Assembly: GCF_018350175.1 (NCBI RefSeq)
Contig: NC_058368.1
Span: 186,746,001 to 186,810,000 of the forward strand
Length of the DNA stretch: 64,000 bases
From: Felis catus
Taxonomy: Eukaryota
Direction: 5' to 3'
Made by a program: the position numbers and the translations under genes. Under the pieces are notes generated by a model. The model saw only the letters and a program-made list of their open reading frames with translations. It was not told the DNA's origin and ran no database searches. Shown one piece after another: positions 27,234 to 41,080 of this stretch (within the stretch, counting starts at the first letter, position 1; each line of letters opens with the position of its first letter).

Positions 27234-27625
27234 TGCTATGGATCTGAATTGCGCCCTGCCTCCCACTCACATGTTGAAGTCTTAATCTCCAGAGTGACCA
27301 TATTTGGAGGGAGGACCTTTAGAAGATAATTAAAGCTAAATGACATCATAAGTGTATGCACATAATCTCATGTGCTTATAAGAAGAGACATCAGAGCACT
27401 TTTTACCTCATTTACCACCCCATCTACATACACTGCGGAAGGCCACATGAGCAAACAGTGAGATGGTGGTCATCTGTAAGCCAGGAAGAGATTTCTCATG
27501 GGAAATTAAATCCTGCTAGACCTTGATCTTGGACTTTCCAGCCTCAAGAACAATGAGGAAATTAATTTCTGTGGCTTAAACAATATTGTCTGTGGTATTT
27601 TGTTATGGCAGTCCAAGAAGGATAT
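27234..27625 (+). mobile_element. MaLR solo LTR (MLT1A0-like)
   Basis: tgctatggatctgaattg...atgttgaagtcttaatc...cttataagaagagac...ccttgatcttggactttccagcctcaagaac...gtggtattttgttatggcagtcc. Confidence 0.8.
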
Positions 27626-29802
27626 TATTATCAATCATCGATGATATATTTTCCCATATGATTATAATATACTCTATGATCTCCTCCTGTTTACCTCTCC
27701 AGACTCTCATCTTACCCCTTTCCATTCATATCATTCTTGACTTCCCATCAGACTGAATTATTTTAGGTCCCTAAACCTATACTTCCTCACCATGACTACT
27801 GAAATGCTCTCTATGGTAGTGTGGCCTTTTTAAAAAATAGAATGCAATAAAATGCTGCTCTGCCTCAACCTCAGTGGAATTTTATTGCACTAAGGCTTGA
27901 GTCAAAATCATCTGAACCTTGGAGTTCTGTGAAGTTAGGTTGCTGCCCACCTTTCCACCTTATCTTGTACCATGACTCCTGGAGCTCCCTCTTTTCACTC
28001 ACGCTGATCTCAAGTGCTTCTCTTCCTCCTGCTTTGTCTCTTAGGTCTAGTACTCCTTTAACTAAATAAGCTGAAGTAAAATGAGCCATCCCTGTCGTCC
28101 CTTATACTTTTCCCTTATACTTTTCCTTTCTGGCAGTCATCACTGAATATCTGATATTTTGATTACTCATGTGCTTTCTCATTCAATTGAAAATTCAGAG
28201 ACTGTGTGAATTACTCACCCTTATGTCCCTAGTGTGTATCACAAAACCTGTATATAACCATTTGTTTAATAAATATATACCCTCAATTAACTGTTTTTAC
28301 CTCCTCTACTCTTTCCTCTCTACTTTAGCCTCCCAAACACCCCTCAGGTCCAGTCACAGAAAGCATTCTTTCAAAGTAATCTTTCTCCCATTCCAAAACT
28401 CATTTCCTGCATCTTAACATCTTCCTGTTTGCCTAACATTCTCTTCCACTAAATTCTGATCTCTTTAAGGGTATGGGCCATACTTTGTGTATTCCGTTAT
28501 CATTGGGTCTGAGCAGAGTATCTGGCACTAGCAGAACCTCAACAATTATTCATTTACAAGTAATTGAACCATAGAGTACAGTGCTATCCTGTGGCTATTA
28601 GCTAGCATTCCAGTTTTTTTTTTTTAAATAATCTAAATTCTACTTTAAAGAATGCATCTGTGCATGTGAGTGTGGGGTGTGTTTGTGTCAGAAGAAAGCT
28701 GATATTGACTTGGATGTTTTCTGGATGTTTTCTAAGGTGCCAAACTGTATAAAGAAAAAAACAAAGGCAGTAGAAGAGATGCTCAGCATGTCTATAAGAT
28801 GATAGCTTGGATGATTTTGTTTTAACCAAATTAATTTCTTTGTTGGGCATCATCTAGCTGTGCAGTATGCCTTCCAGAGATTATCTATGGTGTCTTCATT
28901 TGTTTTTGAAAATGTGAATGGCTTTGGCATTGCTTCACAGGAGTTATCCTCTTCACATTCCCCCTGAGGTAATAAAAGTGGGAAAATCCCATGCAGACCA
29001 GGGGTAGCTGGACAGTGGTGCTGATATGATATTATATAATGTTATAATCTTATAAAATAACATCCTATTACACAAATTATATATGAATTATATAAATTCT
29101 CTCTCCCAGACAGAAGTTATTGGGTCAAGTACATTTTTGACCCATGTGAGTTAATTACAGTTTCTCTCCTGGAAGTTTGGAATTAGCATTTCCAGATGTC
29201 GTTAATCTTTGCTTCTTGCTTGACTTGAGGAGATACAAACTGGGGGATGACAGGGAAGCCATTATGTGTCATGAGCAAGGGAGGGAGAGAAAGCCAGTTT
29301 GCCAAGAGGAATGATTCAAAGAGACAAAGGAGAACAGCAGTAATGAAAGATGATGTGGGCCCAGAGTGACATACACAGTTACACAAGTGAAGATATGTGT
29401 TAGCTGCCTTGGAGCCTGGCACGTTTTCTTGTTTCCACCTTTTACTACTGGATGTTGGACTGCCCACATTTCATGGGATGTATTCTTGCTTCTTTTTAAG
29501 TTGCTCTTAATATAAGTGGATTTCCCTTACTTGAAACCGGAAATAATTGACCAAGGCAAGGATTTTATACTGAATCTCATGGTATTGAAAAGTGCCTTAC
29601 AAACAAACAACAAAACAAACCAAGACCTAGAAGGAAGTGAGAGAAGGGGAAGTTGGGCTAAAGTTGGGTTCACCTGGACCAATATGGAGATTTTTTTTAT
29701 GCTTCTCTAGGCAAGAGAATCAAAGGGCACAGACTGCCTGACTTGGTATTTGTTCCTCCACGTTGTCATAGAGAACTCAGGAGGTGATTAGAAAATGCTC
29801 TA

Positions 29803-30018
29803 GGGGCGCCTGGATGGCGCAGTCGGTTAAGCGTCCGACTTCAGCCAGGTCACGATCTCGTGGTCCGTGAGTTCGAGCCCCGCATTGGGCTCTGGGCTGA
29901 TGGCTCGGAGCCTGGAGCCTGTTTCCGATTCTGTGTCTCCCTCTCTCTCTGCCCCTCCCCCGTTCATGCTCTGTCTCTCTCTGTCCCAAAAATAAATTAA
30001 AAAAAAAAAAAACACGTT
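29803..30018 (+). mobile_element. Young cat-type Can-SINE
   Basis: TSD gaaaatgctcta at 29791-29802 and 30019-30030. A run is internal; almost no terminal poly-A after ACGTT. Confidence 0.95.
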
Positions 30019-30650
30019 GAAAATGCTCTAAATTCCATGAAAAATCAAATTGCTTACTAGTCATTTATTGGCTAAATTACTGAGAAAAGTGCCTGTCTTC
30101 CAGGCCCAAACACTCTTTTCCTGCTTAATACTCACTAGTTTTGAGTCACAAAGAATTTTTTTTAGCCTCCAAAGTCAATTGAAGACACAATGATTTGCAG
30201 TAAATGAGGTGTGAAGACACTTGTACCCTCAGAAATAAACTCTGATATCATGTGGACATAAAAAACTTAATTGTGAAGAGGTAAGGCTGGCTCTTTCAAT
30301 TGGTTTATTAGCTGGCTATATAGCTTGGTCTCAATACTCTTATAACATTTTGAGTAATAGTAGCACCATTGGAATAAGTTTAGAAGTATGTAAACTACCA
30401 TGCTGTAAGTTTAAAAGGATATAAACTAATTGCAATATGTTATAGCTAATCTTGTAACCTAGACCTTTCCTTTTGAGGTTTTCTTAGCTCCACCTGTTAG
30501 TCGTTAATGCTGGTAAAGACTCAATAGCAACTACCATTTGTGTAGAATTTCTTGTATGCTAGGCACTGGGCAAAGGGCTACATGGACGGTTCACTTGAGC
30601 CATTGAACAACCCTGTGATGGGCATATATTTTTCTTAAGTATATAGATTA

Positions 30651-30864
30651 CAGGGCACCTGGGTGGCTCAGTTGGTTAAGCGTCCGACTTCAGCTCAGGT
30701 CATGATCTCATGGTTTGTGGATTGTGTCGGGCTCTGTGCTGACAGCTCAGAGACTGGAGCCTGCTTCGGATTCTGGGTCTCCCTCTCTCTCTGCTTCTTC
30801 CCATTCTCACAAACTGTCTCTCTCTCTCATATATAAATAAACATTAAAAAATAAAAAATAAATA
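30651..30864 (+). mobile_element. Can-SINE with small deletion at the B box
   Basis: TSD aagt(a/g)tatagatt at 30637-30649 and 30865-30877. Confidence 0.9.
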
Positions 30865-31028
30865 AAGTGTATAGATTGGAAAGTATATATTTAAATTTGC
30901 TCATGTAGATTTAAACCAGTCTTCATTCTTAACAAATCCTTACAATATATAAAATGCATGTAAGACCAAAAATAAGATGCCACCTGGTATATTTAAATGG
31001 CTTTTGGTTATATATCCAACAGCAAATG

Positions 31029-31245
31029 TTTTTAAAAAAAATTTTTAACGTTTATTTTTGAGACAGAGGGAGACAGAGTATGAATGGGGGTGGGTCAGAG
31101 AGAGAGGGAGACACAGAATCTGAAACAGGCTCCAGGCTCTGAGCGGTCAGCACAGAGCCCGATGCAGGGCTCGAACTCATGGACCGAGAGATCATGACCT
31201 GAGCAGAAGTCGGATGCCTAACTGACTGAGCCACCCAGGCACCCC
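31029..31245 (-). mobile_element. Can-SINE
   Basis: Degenerate TSD tatccaacagcaaat / tatctgatagcaaat at ~31013 and 31246. Confidence 0.9.
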
Positions 31246-32594
31246 TATCTGATAGCAAATCTTAAAGAAATGGTCAGAAAAGGCGATTTCAAAGCATAAA
31301 ATTCCAAATCTAGGTATTAAAAACTAATGAATTTTTAAGGTCTCTGAGAGATTTAGTCTTTTTCTTGAAAAGTTCTACTATTGAGTATTTCATGGATTCC
31401 TTCAAATCTTAAAAAATAAAAGGAAGAGGAATTTTGTTCATGAGACAGTTGTCCAAAATTATCCTCGTAAGTTTATCTACTTTGGTAATAAGCAAAAAAT
31501 AAAATTTATATATAAAATACTTATGATGTTTATCTCTCAATGTTTACACTGTGTGTGTGCATGTTGTAGATGAGAATATAACACACAAAAAATTAAGAGA
31601 TCTAAATTATAGTCCTGTCTTTGACTTTAATTCTCTTTGTTTACCTGGACAATCACTTAACTTCCCATTTTTCTCAATTGTAGAGTTGAAATTTAAATAT
31701 GCATGGTCTGGTTTGAGAATGAAAACATAATATAAAGGCATTATATGCTTATGCTTATTTTTTCCCCACATAGAGTGATAATCATTCACAAACCATGGGG
31801 AAGTTGCTATTAAGGGGTTTTCCAAAGTATTTTTGCTTTCTTTATCTTTGCTTTTGCCTTAGACTTTTAGAAAACATTATTTAATAGTGGAACTGTACTT
31901 TCTTTAGGGGGTTAATGGGAATTTTTGTAGCGTAAAATTGTACAAATGTGATTGAAACAAATGGAGCATTTTAATCAATAACAACAAATCATTAGAACAG
32001 CTGGTAATTAACCTTTCGTCCCTGTAAAGGATTATTTAGACAGAACACAGGGCAGAATCTTGTATACAAGTATGGTGTTAGTGGAAAACCTGCTGGTCCA
32101 AACGCTGTTTTTTAATCATGAGTTAGAAACATGAAATGGAGCATAATTTGATTTAAAAACTGCTGCTTTTCAGGCGCAAAACTTCATAGGTGATTGAAGA
32201 TAATAGCTCAGGATTTCCATTTACATGGATGTTTTCATCTCTAGATTACAGCATATTTTTATAACATGATTTATTTATGCTCTGCATGACTGGGATAAGA
32301 AAGGATCATTTTTGAGAAATAAGATATATATAAAAATAAAGAACTCTTCTAAGCAACGGGCAGGGAGAGAAAGGCTCTTTTTCTCAAGTCAAATAACCAC
32401 CAAACTACTGCATAGTTTCTGGTATTTCCGAGTAATTTATCTGTCACCTTTAGGAAGTTCTCAAAAGAATTCCAGTTTTATATGAAATAAGCCAGACCTC
32501 AATAAAGACAATGCATCTGATGCATAGCATAGCCTCAACAAGGTATAGTGACTGAAATACCCTTCAAAGGCAGATAGTAGGAAAGATCTCATTT

Positions 32595-33050
32595 TTTTGT
32601 CATTTATTCATTCAACAAAATTAAGACCTACTATGTACATAGTACCTTGCAAGATACTGAGAAAACACAGTGACAAGTTAACTTATTGTCTAAACTCCAG
32701 AAGTACAAAAGCTAATAAAGGCAACTCATAATTGCTATAATGATCACAGGATAAAGCAGGAATATGTAAAAATAAAATGTAATTCACATCTTTGAGGGTC
32801 AGGGAAAGCCACCTGTAAAAAGTATCAGTTGAGCCAAGATCTCAGGGCTAAGTAGAGATAGTCAGGGGAAGAGGGAAGAATGGGTCTGTGCTTAGAGAGA
32901 CAGAATGCACATTATAGAAATAAGAAAGAACTATTGAGCTCCAAGTACTTTAGTTTAGCAGGAATTTAGAGTTCATTGAAGAGAGAAAAGATAAGTCTGA
33001 AGAGATGAATAATAACCCTATCATTAAGTGTCTGGTACCCCTACTAAAAT
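32595..33050 (-). mobile_element. L2 3' fragment
   Basis: cattcaacaaaa...cctactatgt...gagggtcagggaaagcc...gagccaagatct. Confidence 0.55.
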
Positions 33051-33663
33051 TTTGTTAAGGGTGGGCTCACATGATTCTACACATTTAAATCTCTGCCTCC
33101 TAGTACTCTTGTGGGTTATTTAAGCTAAGTATTTAGGTTTCAGATATATTTCACAAAACCATCCTCACATCTTTCCCAGAGACATACTATCAAACTTCCT
33201 TAGCAATACCAATTTGTCTTATCACTTCCATACTCCAACCAAGAACTTTTTCTCTCAAGGGTGCCAACATGGTCCTACTTCCAGTACTCTCCATCTTTGA
33301 TCTATAGGGCTAAGTGAATCTTCCCTGGCTCTGTCATACTTAGTTTATGTTGGAAAAGTACTGCTAGCTCATAAATATGTCAATCTAACCAGTGCAAATC
33401 ATCTATAAAAATAAGCCAAAAATTGACACTCTCTGAGGTAAGCCAAAAGAAAGCTTAACTGTTTTCATTACCATCAGGGTATAGAGTTCTTTCCTAGGAG
33501 AGAAGAATTTACAATTATTTTCCTTCATGATTTGCAAACCAGTTTCACTGGTAGACATTGAAAAATTTAGTTTGAATTAAGAGGATGATATTATGGGGTT
33601 ATTTCTGCCAATCAAAATTATGTCAAAGTTTGGTGTATATATATATTTTACTTCATAGGTAAT

Positions 33664-33711
33664 TGAACATACATATGTATATATGTTCATACATATATGT
33701 ATGTATATGTG

Positions 33712-33748
<37 letters not shown>
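33664..33748. repeat. (TA)n microsatellite with quasi-palindromic TACA/TATG flank
   Basis: Pure TA run ~33715-33748, preceded by gaacatacatatgtatatatgttc. Confidence 0.9.
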
Positions 33749-33754
<6 letters not shown>

Positions 33755-34539
33755 CAGGATCTTAATTGAGTAAACGTGACCCAATTTTAATTTTAAAAAT
33801 AATGTTGTCTAGCATTTTAGTTTCTCTGAGATCAGGAACTAGGAAAATCAAACTTATATCTTATCTAAAGGATTCAAAGCAAGTTAGAAGTGAAGGAAGA
33901 AATTCTGACAAAAGCATAATTTTCTCCAGGAACCATCTTCACTATGCCTATTATAAGTAGGTGATAGAGAATTCCAATAAGATTGTTCAAGCCTTCTTCA
34001 TTCTTAGAATCATAGAAACAGTATATACCACTTCAGTCAATCTTAAAACTCTTCCTTCTGGTGCATTTAATTTGAAGATTCATGAATTCTATGTTCTTTG
34101 CTACTCTATATTCAGATTTCTTACTTTTCTTGAGGCCAGCTAGGGTGTGGTTTTGGATGAGCCATTCATTCAAACAATACATTTTGAATTGTGAATAAGT
34201 ATTTGATATTGAATAGCCAGAAAAAAAAGAGAATTAATAAAATCTCTCTTAACATAGAGGAAATGTTCAGTGAAATGTTGTTATTAGTTACAATGCCATT
34301 GTTGCCATTTTAAGGATACTGTGATGTACTTCTCACAATGATTGAGAGGAGATAGGCATTTATAACTCTCTTTGTAGATGAGGAAAATCATGCAGAGAGA
34401 GATCAAGTTTTGTGTAAGTCACTCAGAATGAAGGAAACTGCCTACCTTATAACCCAATCTGTTTTGTCATCTTTCTGGAAACACATTCAGAGTAGATTCC
34501 CTAGCATTCCATGTTACTGAATCCAGACCAATACACTTT

Positions 34540-34829
34540 GAGAGAAGTGAGGAGTTCAACTTCCAGGCTTGACTCATAGTAACACCCCCTACTCAATATT
34601 CTATGCTTCTTTCCCCTTTTACCATAAATTTTGGAAGCCATCTTTGAGAATGGCAAAATTACAAGATGGATGAGCCTGGGAACTTGAATCACTGCTTGGA
34701 GGACAGCCACTAACAACTCAGGAGTACTTGTTTTTTGTCTTCTCACATGAGAAACATTGACATCTTTTATATAAAAACACTGAGATTTGGGGGTTTATTA
34801 CAGCAGTTAGTGTTACCCTAACCAATACA
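34540..34829 (+). mobile_element. MaLR LTR (MLT1J-like)
   Basis: aagatggatgagcctggg...gaatcactgcttggaggacagc...cactgagatttgggggtttattacagcag...ctaaccaataca. Confidence 0.6.
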
Positions 34830-37800
34830 TGCAGCTAGAGAAACAGGATTTGAATCAAGGCATGTCTTGCCCCAAAGCATATACTCTTAACCACTTTTCA
34901 GCTGTCATACAAAATGCCTTCCATATATATGTTGCCTCCTGGATTTTCATAATGGGGACATTATGTTGGAAACTAGTTACCTGAAACACTTGCAAAATAG
35001 TCCCCAAGCCTCAAGCTCAGTGCTGATTCCATCCAGAAGGTGCAATTTTTCCCTCTCTAGGAACTCAGAATTGTCAAGAATAGGATATGCCTAATGGATT
35101 ACAAAATGGAGCAATAGCAATGGCTGTTTATTTATTTACAACAACTTATTTAGTAGTTTAGTGGTTTCATTGATTAAAATCATGTTTAACAACTGCATCC
35201 AAAAACACAAATTATTTGAGCTTCAGTGACTAAACACAAGCAATTATTTGTTATCTGGTACTATGGAACCTAGGAACTTAGGTGTGCGCTGAAATTTGGC
35301 AAAATAAAAGGGAAACAAATTCCTGTTTCTGGGTGTATTCATGATAATTGAGGATGATAAAAATCATTATCAAGACAAGATGACACAACCCATTTATCCT
35401 ATCTAGAATCTGGGTCTAAAAGACTTTCTATGGAAATCCATCTCACCGGGATCAAGAAGATGAATCTTAGTTGGACTCACTGATGCATTCCAATATCCCA
35501 GTTTGTCCCGCTGCCATTTAATTCCCCTAAACTCTGAATCAAATAATTTGTCACAAGGATTCTGGAGTACATAGTGTATTTTCAAGGCCTGTAAAAAAAT
35601 CTCTTGTATTAGGGTTTGATCTGCTTAGTATTTTTTAAAATAAGGATATAAGATGGGAAGATAATATCTTATCACTGCAATAATGTGTTATTTTGAGTTG
35701 AAATATAATAATTCTTCATTTATACCAAGAGGACTAAAACTAGGTAGAGTGCCCCTAACTTTAAGTAGCTTGGTTTGTGAGAGTCTTCAAAGAAAATCTC
35801 TTCCATCTGTTATTTGGTGCTTGACGTTATTAATAAACTACAAAGGTCAAAATGTCAAAAGACATAAAAAAATCCCCTTGGACAGGAAATATAGGAACAA
35901 AACTTTACACTACCTGAAAATGACTTATTTCAGAGCTTTTCCCAAGAGCAGATTGCGATCAGCAAGAAGAAAGGCTATAGGTCAATGCCAGAAAGAGGGC
36001 GAAAAGTTCAGAAAGAGGAGACTGAGAGCTTCCCAAACTTAATTTCTTCCACTTCTCTGCTCTGCTTTGGGCCAGTTTGGTAATGAAATTTTTATCTCCA
36101 AGAATGTATGCATAACGTAGAAATAAAATTCAATAGCATCTTTTGGTCATGGCTATGTTGCATGAACATATTTTACATCCCTAATATACCTTTTAAAGCC
36201 AAGCAACCTAACAATAAAAGCGTTTAAAGGCTTCAAATTGATGGTAATAATTCATGTTCAAACTTAGTTGGTGGTAACTGTCTCATTTAAAACTAATTTC
36301 CATGGTATATGTGTAGGACTTGTTTTTAATATGCAAAGCACTTTGTTTAAATTGAATTTCTCTGTGCTTATTAATCACATACAATATTGGGAATGGAGCC
36401 TCAAAATAACACTGCCTCCCAGAGAGTGGCTTTTTCACAGCTTCCCAGAGAACACTAAGTATTAAAATATAGCATAAGAAATTATTCCTCTATGCTTACC
36501 TATTACATAAGTAAGAGATTTCAAAATTTATATCTTATTGCCTGAAATATTTTATAATAGCTGTGTTCTTATCAACCTAATTCCCTTTTCACTAGTAGGA
36601 GAAGTGGATGAAAAACAAGGTGATGAGAATAAATTAAGATGCATTTATCTTAGGAATATGTGTTCCATATAGGAACACATGTGTTCCATATTCCTTATTT
36701 GTGAACTGTGACGGGGCAACAGCAGAGGTGGAGAAGCTGGGAAGAAACATTTCCCTCTCCTTCTGCCTCAGATGAATCCTTCCTCACACCCTTTTCTAAA
36801 CCAAGAAAAGAAGATAATTTGGTACAGATTCCGGAATGCTTGTTGAACATCATTCCCCAGGAAGGAGTGGTATCGCCTTGCACCTTAAGCTATACCTGTG
36901 CTTTTAGCATAAGCAGGTGCTCTCTAAGCTGACCAGAAGCTCCATTTCTGGAGCTTCAGCACGATCACAAAAGATACTTGTATTTCATTTTTGTCATTTG
37001 CAGTTCTATTGGAACTTCAAAGAGGGGGTGGCAAGCTATACTTTGGGGCAAAATTATAATATTCCAAGATCCTTGACCAAAATACCACCCTCTATACTCC
37101 TCCAACCACTTATATAATGCCACGTGTACCTCTTTCATTTATATAAACAAATGATACTAGTATTTATTGTACTGATGAGATCCAAATTTGACAAAGCAAC
37201 ATATTGGGGGCTGTCATATTTTTGGCAGGTTAGGAAGTTCAAGAAATAAATCATAAATTCTACATATAGGCTGTTGCCTTGGATTTAAGCTGAATTTCTC
37301 TAAAGCATTATTACTAGCAAATTCATTATTGTCCCAGAGAAAATCTGTAGATTTCGTGTATTCTATTTAACTCCACTCTAGTCCAGATAATACCACTAAA
37401 ACTATTAAAGAGGGTAGACATAATTTAGGGAATTAGAATAACTTTTTCCTTTCCGTTGGACAGGTGTGGATTTACCTAGCTTTGTCACTGCTGTGTTATT
37501 CTGATGTTTTAGTAGAGCAGCAGTAAAGAACAAGATATTCCTATGTCAGGTTATCAACATCAGTGTTATAGAACGGTCTTTACTTTGACAATGATGCTCT
37601 CTCCTGCCAAATCATTGCCCCTTAAAACTGAAGACCAAAGAACTAATTAGATGCTTCAAGTCTACGTTTATCCCGAATCTTAAAAAATAAAGTCTATTAT
37701 ATAGAGAAATGACACGTGGAGAAATTAGGAAAATGGCTATATTCTGAATTTATTTAATGACAATTATAGAAAAGGAAGTAACCAGAGAAAGAGGCACACA

Positions 37801-39644
37801 AAAGATAAAGATCAATGGAAGCAGAGATTCTGAATAAGGATAAGAGAATCATGATGCTTGCAGGAAGCCAGAGATAGTAATGAAGATGCTGAGTTTCCCA
37901 CAGTATTTGAGAATCAGCCATGTTTTAAAAGCCAGCATTCAAGATAATCTCAGTGGCTGAAAGTCTTTGGTACTTCAAGTGCCTGACATTAGGGTTACAG
38001 GTACACCTCACAGAGAACATTCCTTTGGAGGACTTAAAGATGCTGCCTAAAGGCAGACTGATTTTCAAGCTGAAAGTCAAAGGCAGTTGTTAGGAACACA
38101 TGGCTGTAGAGAATAGGCTTTAGATGTATACAGGTGATGCTGGGAAGAGAGGAAGAAAGTGGTCTGAGGGCCTGGCTACATAGTTATGTAGCTAGAAGCA
38201 AGTCATTTACCCTCACTCCTCAGTTTCCCCTAAAATGGGATAACAACCTTACCTATCACATTGAATTGCCGTAAAAGTCAAATGAGATAATGTATAGACA
38301 CTTAGGAAGTTGTTAGCAAATCCATGTTGTTAGAACTCCATGGTTTTGCCACTCTGCCCTGGGCACTGTGGTATTGAGGATGTGTGGAAGTTCATCTAAT
38401 CCAACCAGATCCCATTATACATATAGGAAAAACCGAGGCTCAGAAGTAACATAGGATATTACAAGCAAGCTAGTTCTAAACAAGGTGTTCTAACCCTACA
38501 TCACAAAGATAAGCCATGTATCAGAAATATTTGCAGTGACAATAAGGAATTCAGAAGCCCAGCACTAACATGAGTATGAGGTCACACCCACAATCGTGTT
38601 TACCAAAAAGCCAAAGGGTAAGACTGCCTGCTGGAGCCATGAGGACAACGACCTCTTTGGAAGGTGAAACAGAAGGTTACTTCAAGCTGTTTTGGTAAAT
38701 CCCCAAGCTCTTCTCAAAGTGGGAAGCTGAGGAGGCCTCCTATTTGATGTTCCAATTCATAAGCAAAAAAAAGAAACTCTCTAGGCTTCGTCATTGCTCA
38801 AGGTGAGCTGAAATAGGGCACACCACGTGCTGCTCCCAGGCAGCTGTATTTACTCGCAAGTGTTTTCCCCAACTGCACAGGGTCATGCAGTGTGGTCTCT
38901 CGGCCAGCACAGTCCAGAGACTGCTCAATGAGGTTCTGACTGATAAAACTTTTTCTGTGTGGCAGGGAATAAATACCATTGCCAGGCATAAGACTGTCTC
39001 TGTCTTTTTAGTAACAACTGAAACAAATGATCTCACTCTTTCATCCTGATCACCTTCTGGCTTTGACACTGAGAATGGGAACCCTGGATACTGCCAAAGA
39101 TATCACTGGGCTCTTGTTCTGTATCTTTAAGAAAGAAATATTAGAGATATAATTAAATTTGTCTGAATCTTTTAGGCCATGTGCTGGCATCAGGACCCAC
39201 GTTAGAACCTAATGCTCTCTAATTCACATGTGAAATTTAAAATCTTTAGGACTTTGGGGAGCTGTCCCTGAGTCCCCTAAAAGGAGGAACAAAATTACGC
39301 TTTTACCTGCAAGTTTTTGGAAGAAGGTCCCAAAACCTTTCTCAGATTTTTTTAGGAATCTGTATCACAAAAATGTGAAGAAATGCTCATCTCAGCCTGC
39401 ATCACAAACTATGGAACAGATCTGAGCTCGCACTCCAGCCCTGCTGCAAAATACAGCAAGCCTCTAGTCTGCAAATTCTTCAAAGCCTGTTCAGACTGAC
39501 TTAGGAAGAAGGAGAGTGCATTGGTGCATGTTATTTAAAATGTCCAGCGATATCTTGCTTCAGAACTGGCTGGATACAACCTTTTAAACAAAATCACCAA
39601 GAACAATTCTTTTTCCTTTCTATCTCCTGACTCTAATCTTTTCT

Positions 39645-39651
39645 TTTCTTT

Positions 39652-39690
<39 letters not shown>
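39645..39690. repeat. (TTTC)n tetranucleotide repeat
   Basis: Direct reading. Confidence 0.95.
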
Positions 39691-39691
<1 letters not shown>

Positions 39692-39899
39692 TTTTTTGTA
39701 ACTTTCAGGAAAGGCCTTGTCACATAGGAGCAAGAAATCCATTGTCATGCCAAACCTACAACCGCTGAGTTGAGCAAACCCAGTGAAAGAGTGCAGCTCT
39801 TACCCTGAAATTCCAATAATTGACTCCAACTAGACCAACTTGAGTTACATGCCGTATTCCTGAGCCAATGGCTAGTGTCCAATGGATTTCAGTTTTGCA

Positions 39900-40052
39900 C
39901 ACTTGATAATACTTTAAGACAATTTTGGTTGCCACACCTTGGGCAGGCAAATAGCATCTACTGGGGAGAGGACAGAGGTGCTGCTAAACATCCTACAGTG
40001 CACAAGTGAAACCCTCACAATAAAGTGATTCAGCTCCAAATTCATTATTGCC
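39900..40052 (+). mobile_element. MER20 fragment
   Basis: agacaattttggttgccaca...gcatcta...tgctgctaaacatcctacagtgcaca; homologous to 15200-15381. Confidence 0.7.
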
Positions 40053-41080
40053 ACAGCCAACACAATGGAAGGCTGACTGATCAGGCCTGGTACTCATGCC
40101 TACCCCTGTAATGGGACAAGAGGATCTAACAATAAAAAGTGAAGCAGGGTAGGTTTCCAAAGGAAAATCAGAAAATGCTGCTGCCAGAGGAAGTAGGAAT
40201 GTGTTCCAGGCAGCCAAAATCTGAAGAGATGTCTGCTAAAGAAGTAGTATTAAGAGCTTCCTGTCACTGAAGATTTATGATGTATCAGGTACTACATTAA
40301 ATATATTCTGAGCTTATTACTTAATCCTCACAAAACAATGAAGTAGTTATTGTACCCATTTTATAGATTAAACATTTAAGTTTCAACCAGCCACTAAGAG
40401 GCAGAGAAGTGTATTAAACTCATCATTTCTGAATCCATAGTCCAAGCTGTTTCATAGTCTTCTATGTCATAAGATTATCTTTAGTGGAAAGAGAAAGAAA
40501 ATTGTTCTACTTAAAAAGAAAGAAGAAATAAAAGGATTTTGTCAAATGATTACTCAGACCTGTCTTGACTCCACTGAAAAGCAATACTTGCCTTACAAGG
40601 ACATTACATGGGCTGCTCATATTCTGTTTATACATGCATGTCCTGGTTTCCAGTTGCATATTTTAAATTATTGAATAATTCCATCTTTTTGCCTGCATGA
40701 ATTGAGCTTATTTAGGAAAATATAAGCCTTTTAGGGCATATAACTCCTGACTTCTGCTTATTCTTTTCATCACAAATATCAAGTTTCAAATTGCTTCCCA
40801 TTGGACAGTTGTGATTTACTCTCCCCCTCAGCTTGTGTCAGCTGGTAAAATTAGAAGTGATAAATACATTTCAAAAAGAACACACAACCCTGGATTTGCA
40901 TGTGTGTGTATATGCTTTAAGGATTGGGTGTAAGGAGTGATGGCTTCATTAGCAAAGTGTTGTAGACTGATTTTATATATGTCTCAGCTATTGGGGTTTG
41001 TTTGTAAATCATATCAAGTAGATTTTCTATTTCATTTTTCAAACTGTTTAGTACAGAAATTTCTAAACATACCCCAAAGG

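Noticed and set aside
15577..28125. Short two-copy tandem duplications (aataacaatctgtta ~15577; tgcatcacaga ~21248; tcccttatacttt ~28098)
   Set aside because: Ordinary slippage duplications; no spacers or array structure, not CRISPR-like.
35683..36042. 119-aa basic ORF in unique DNA
   Set aside because: No recognisable domain, promoter or exon context.
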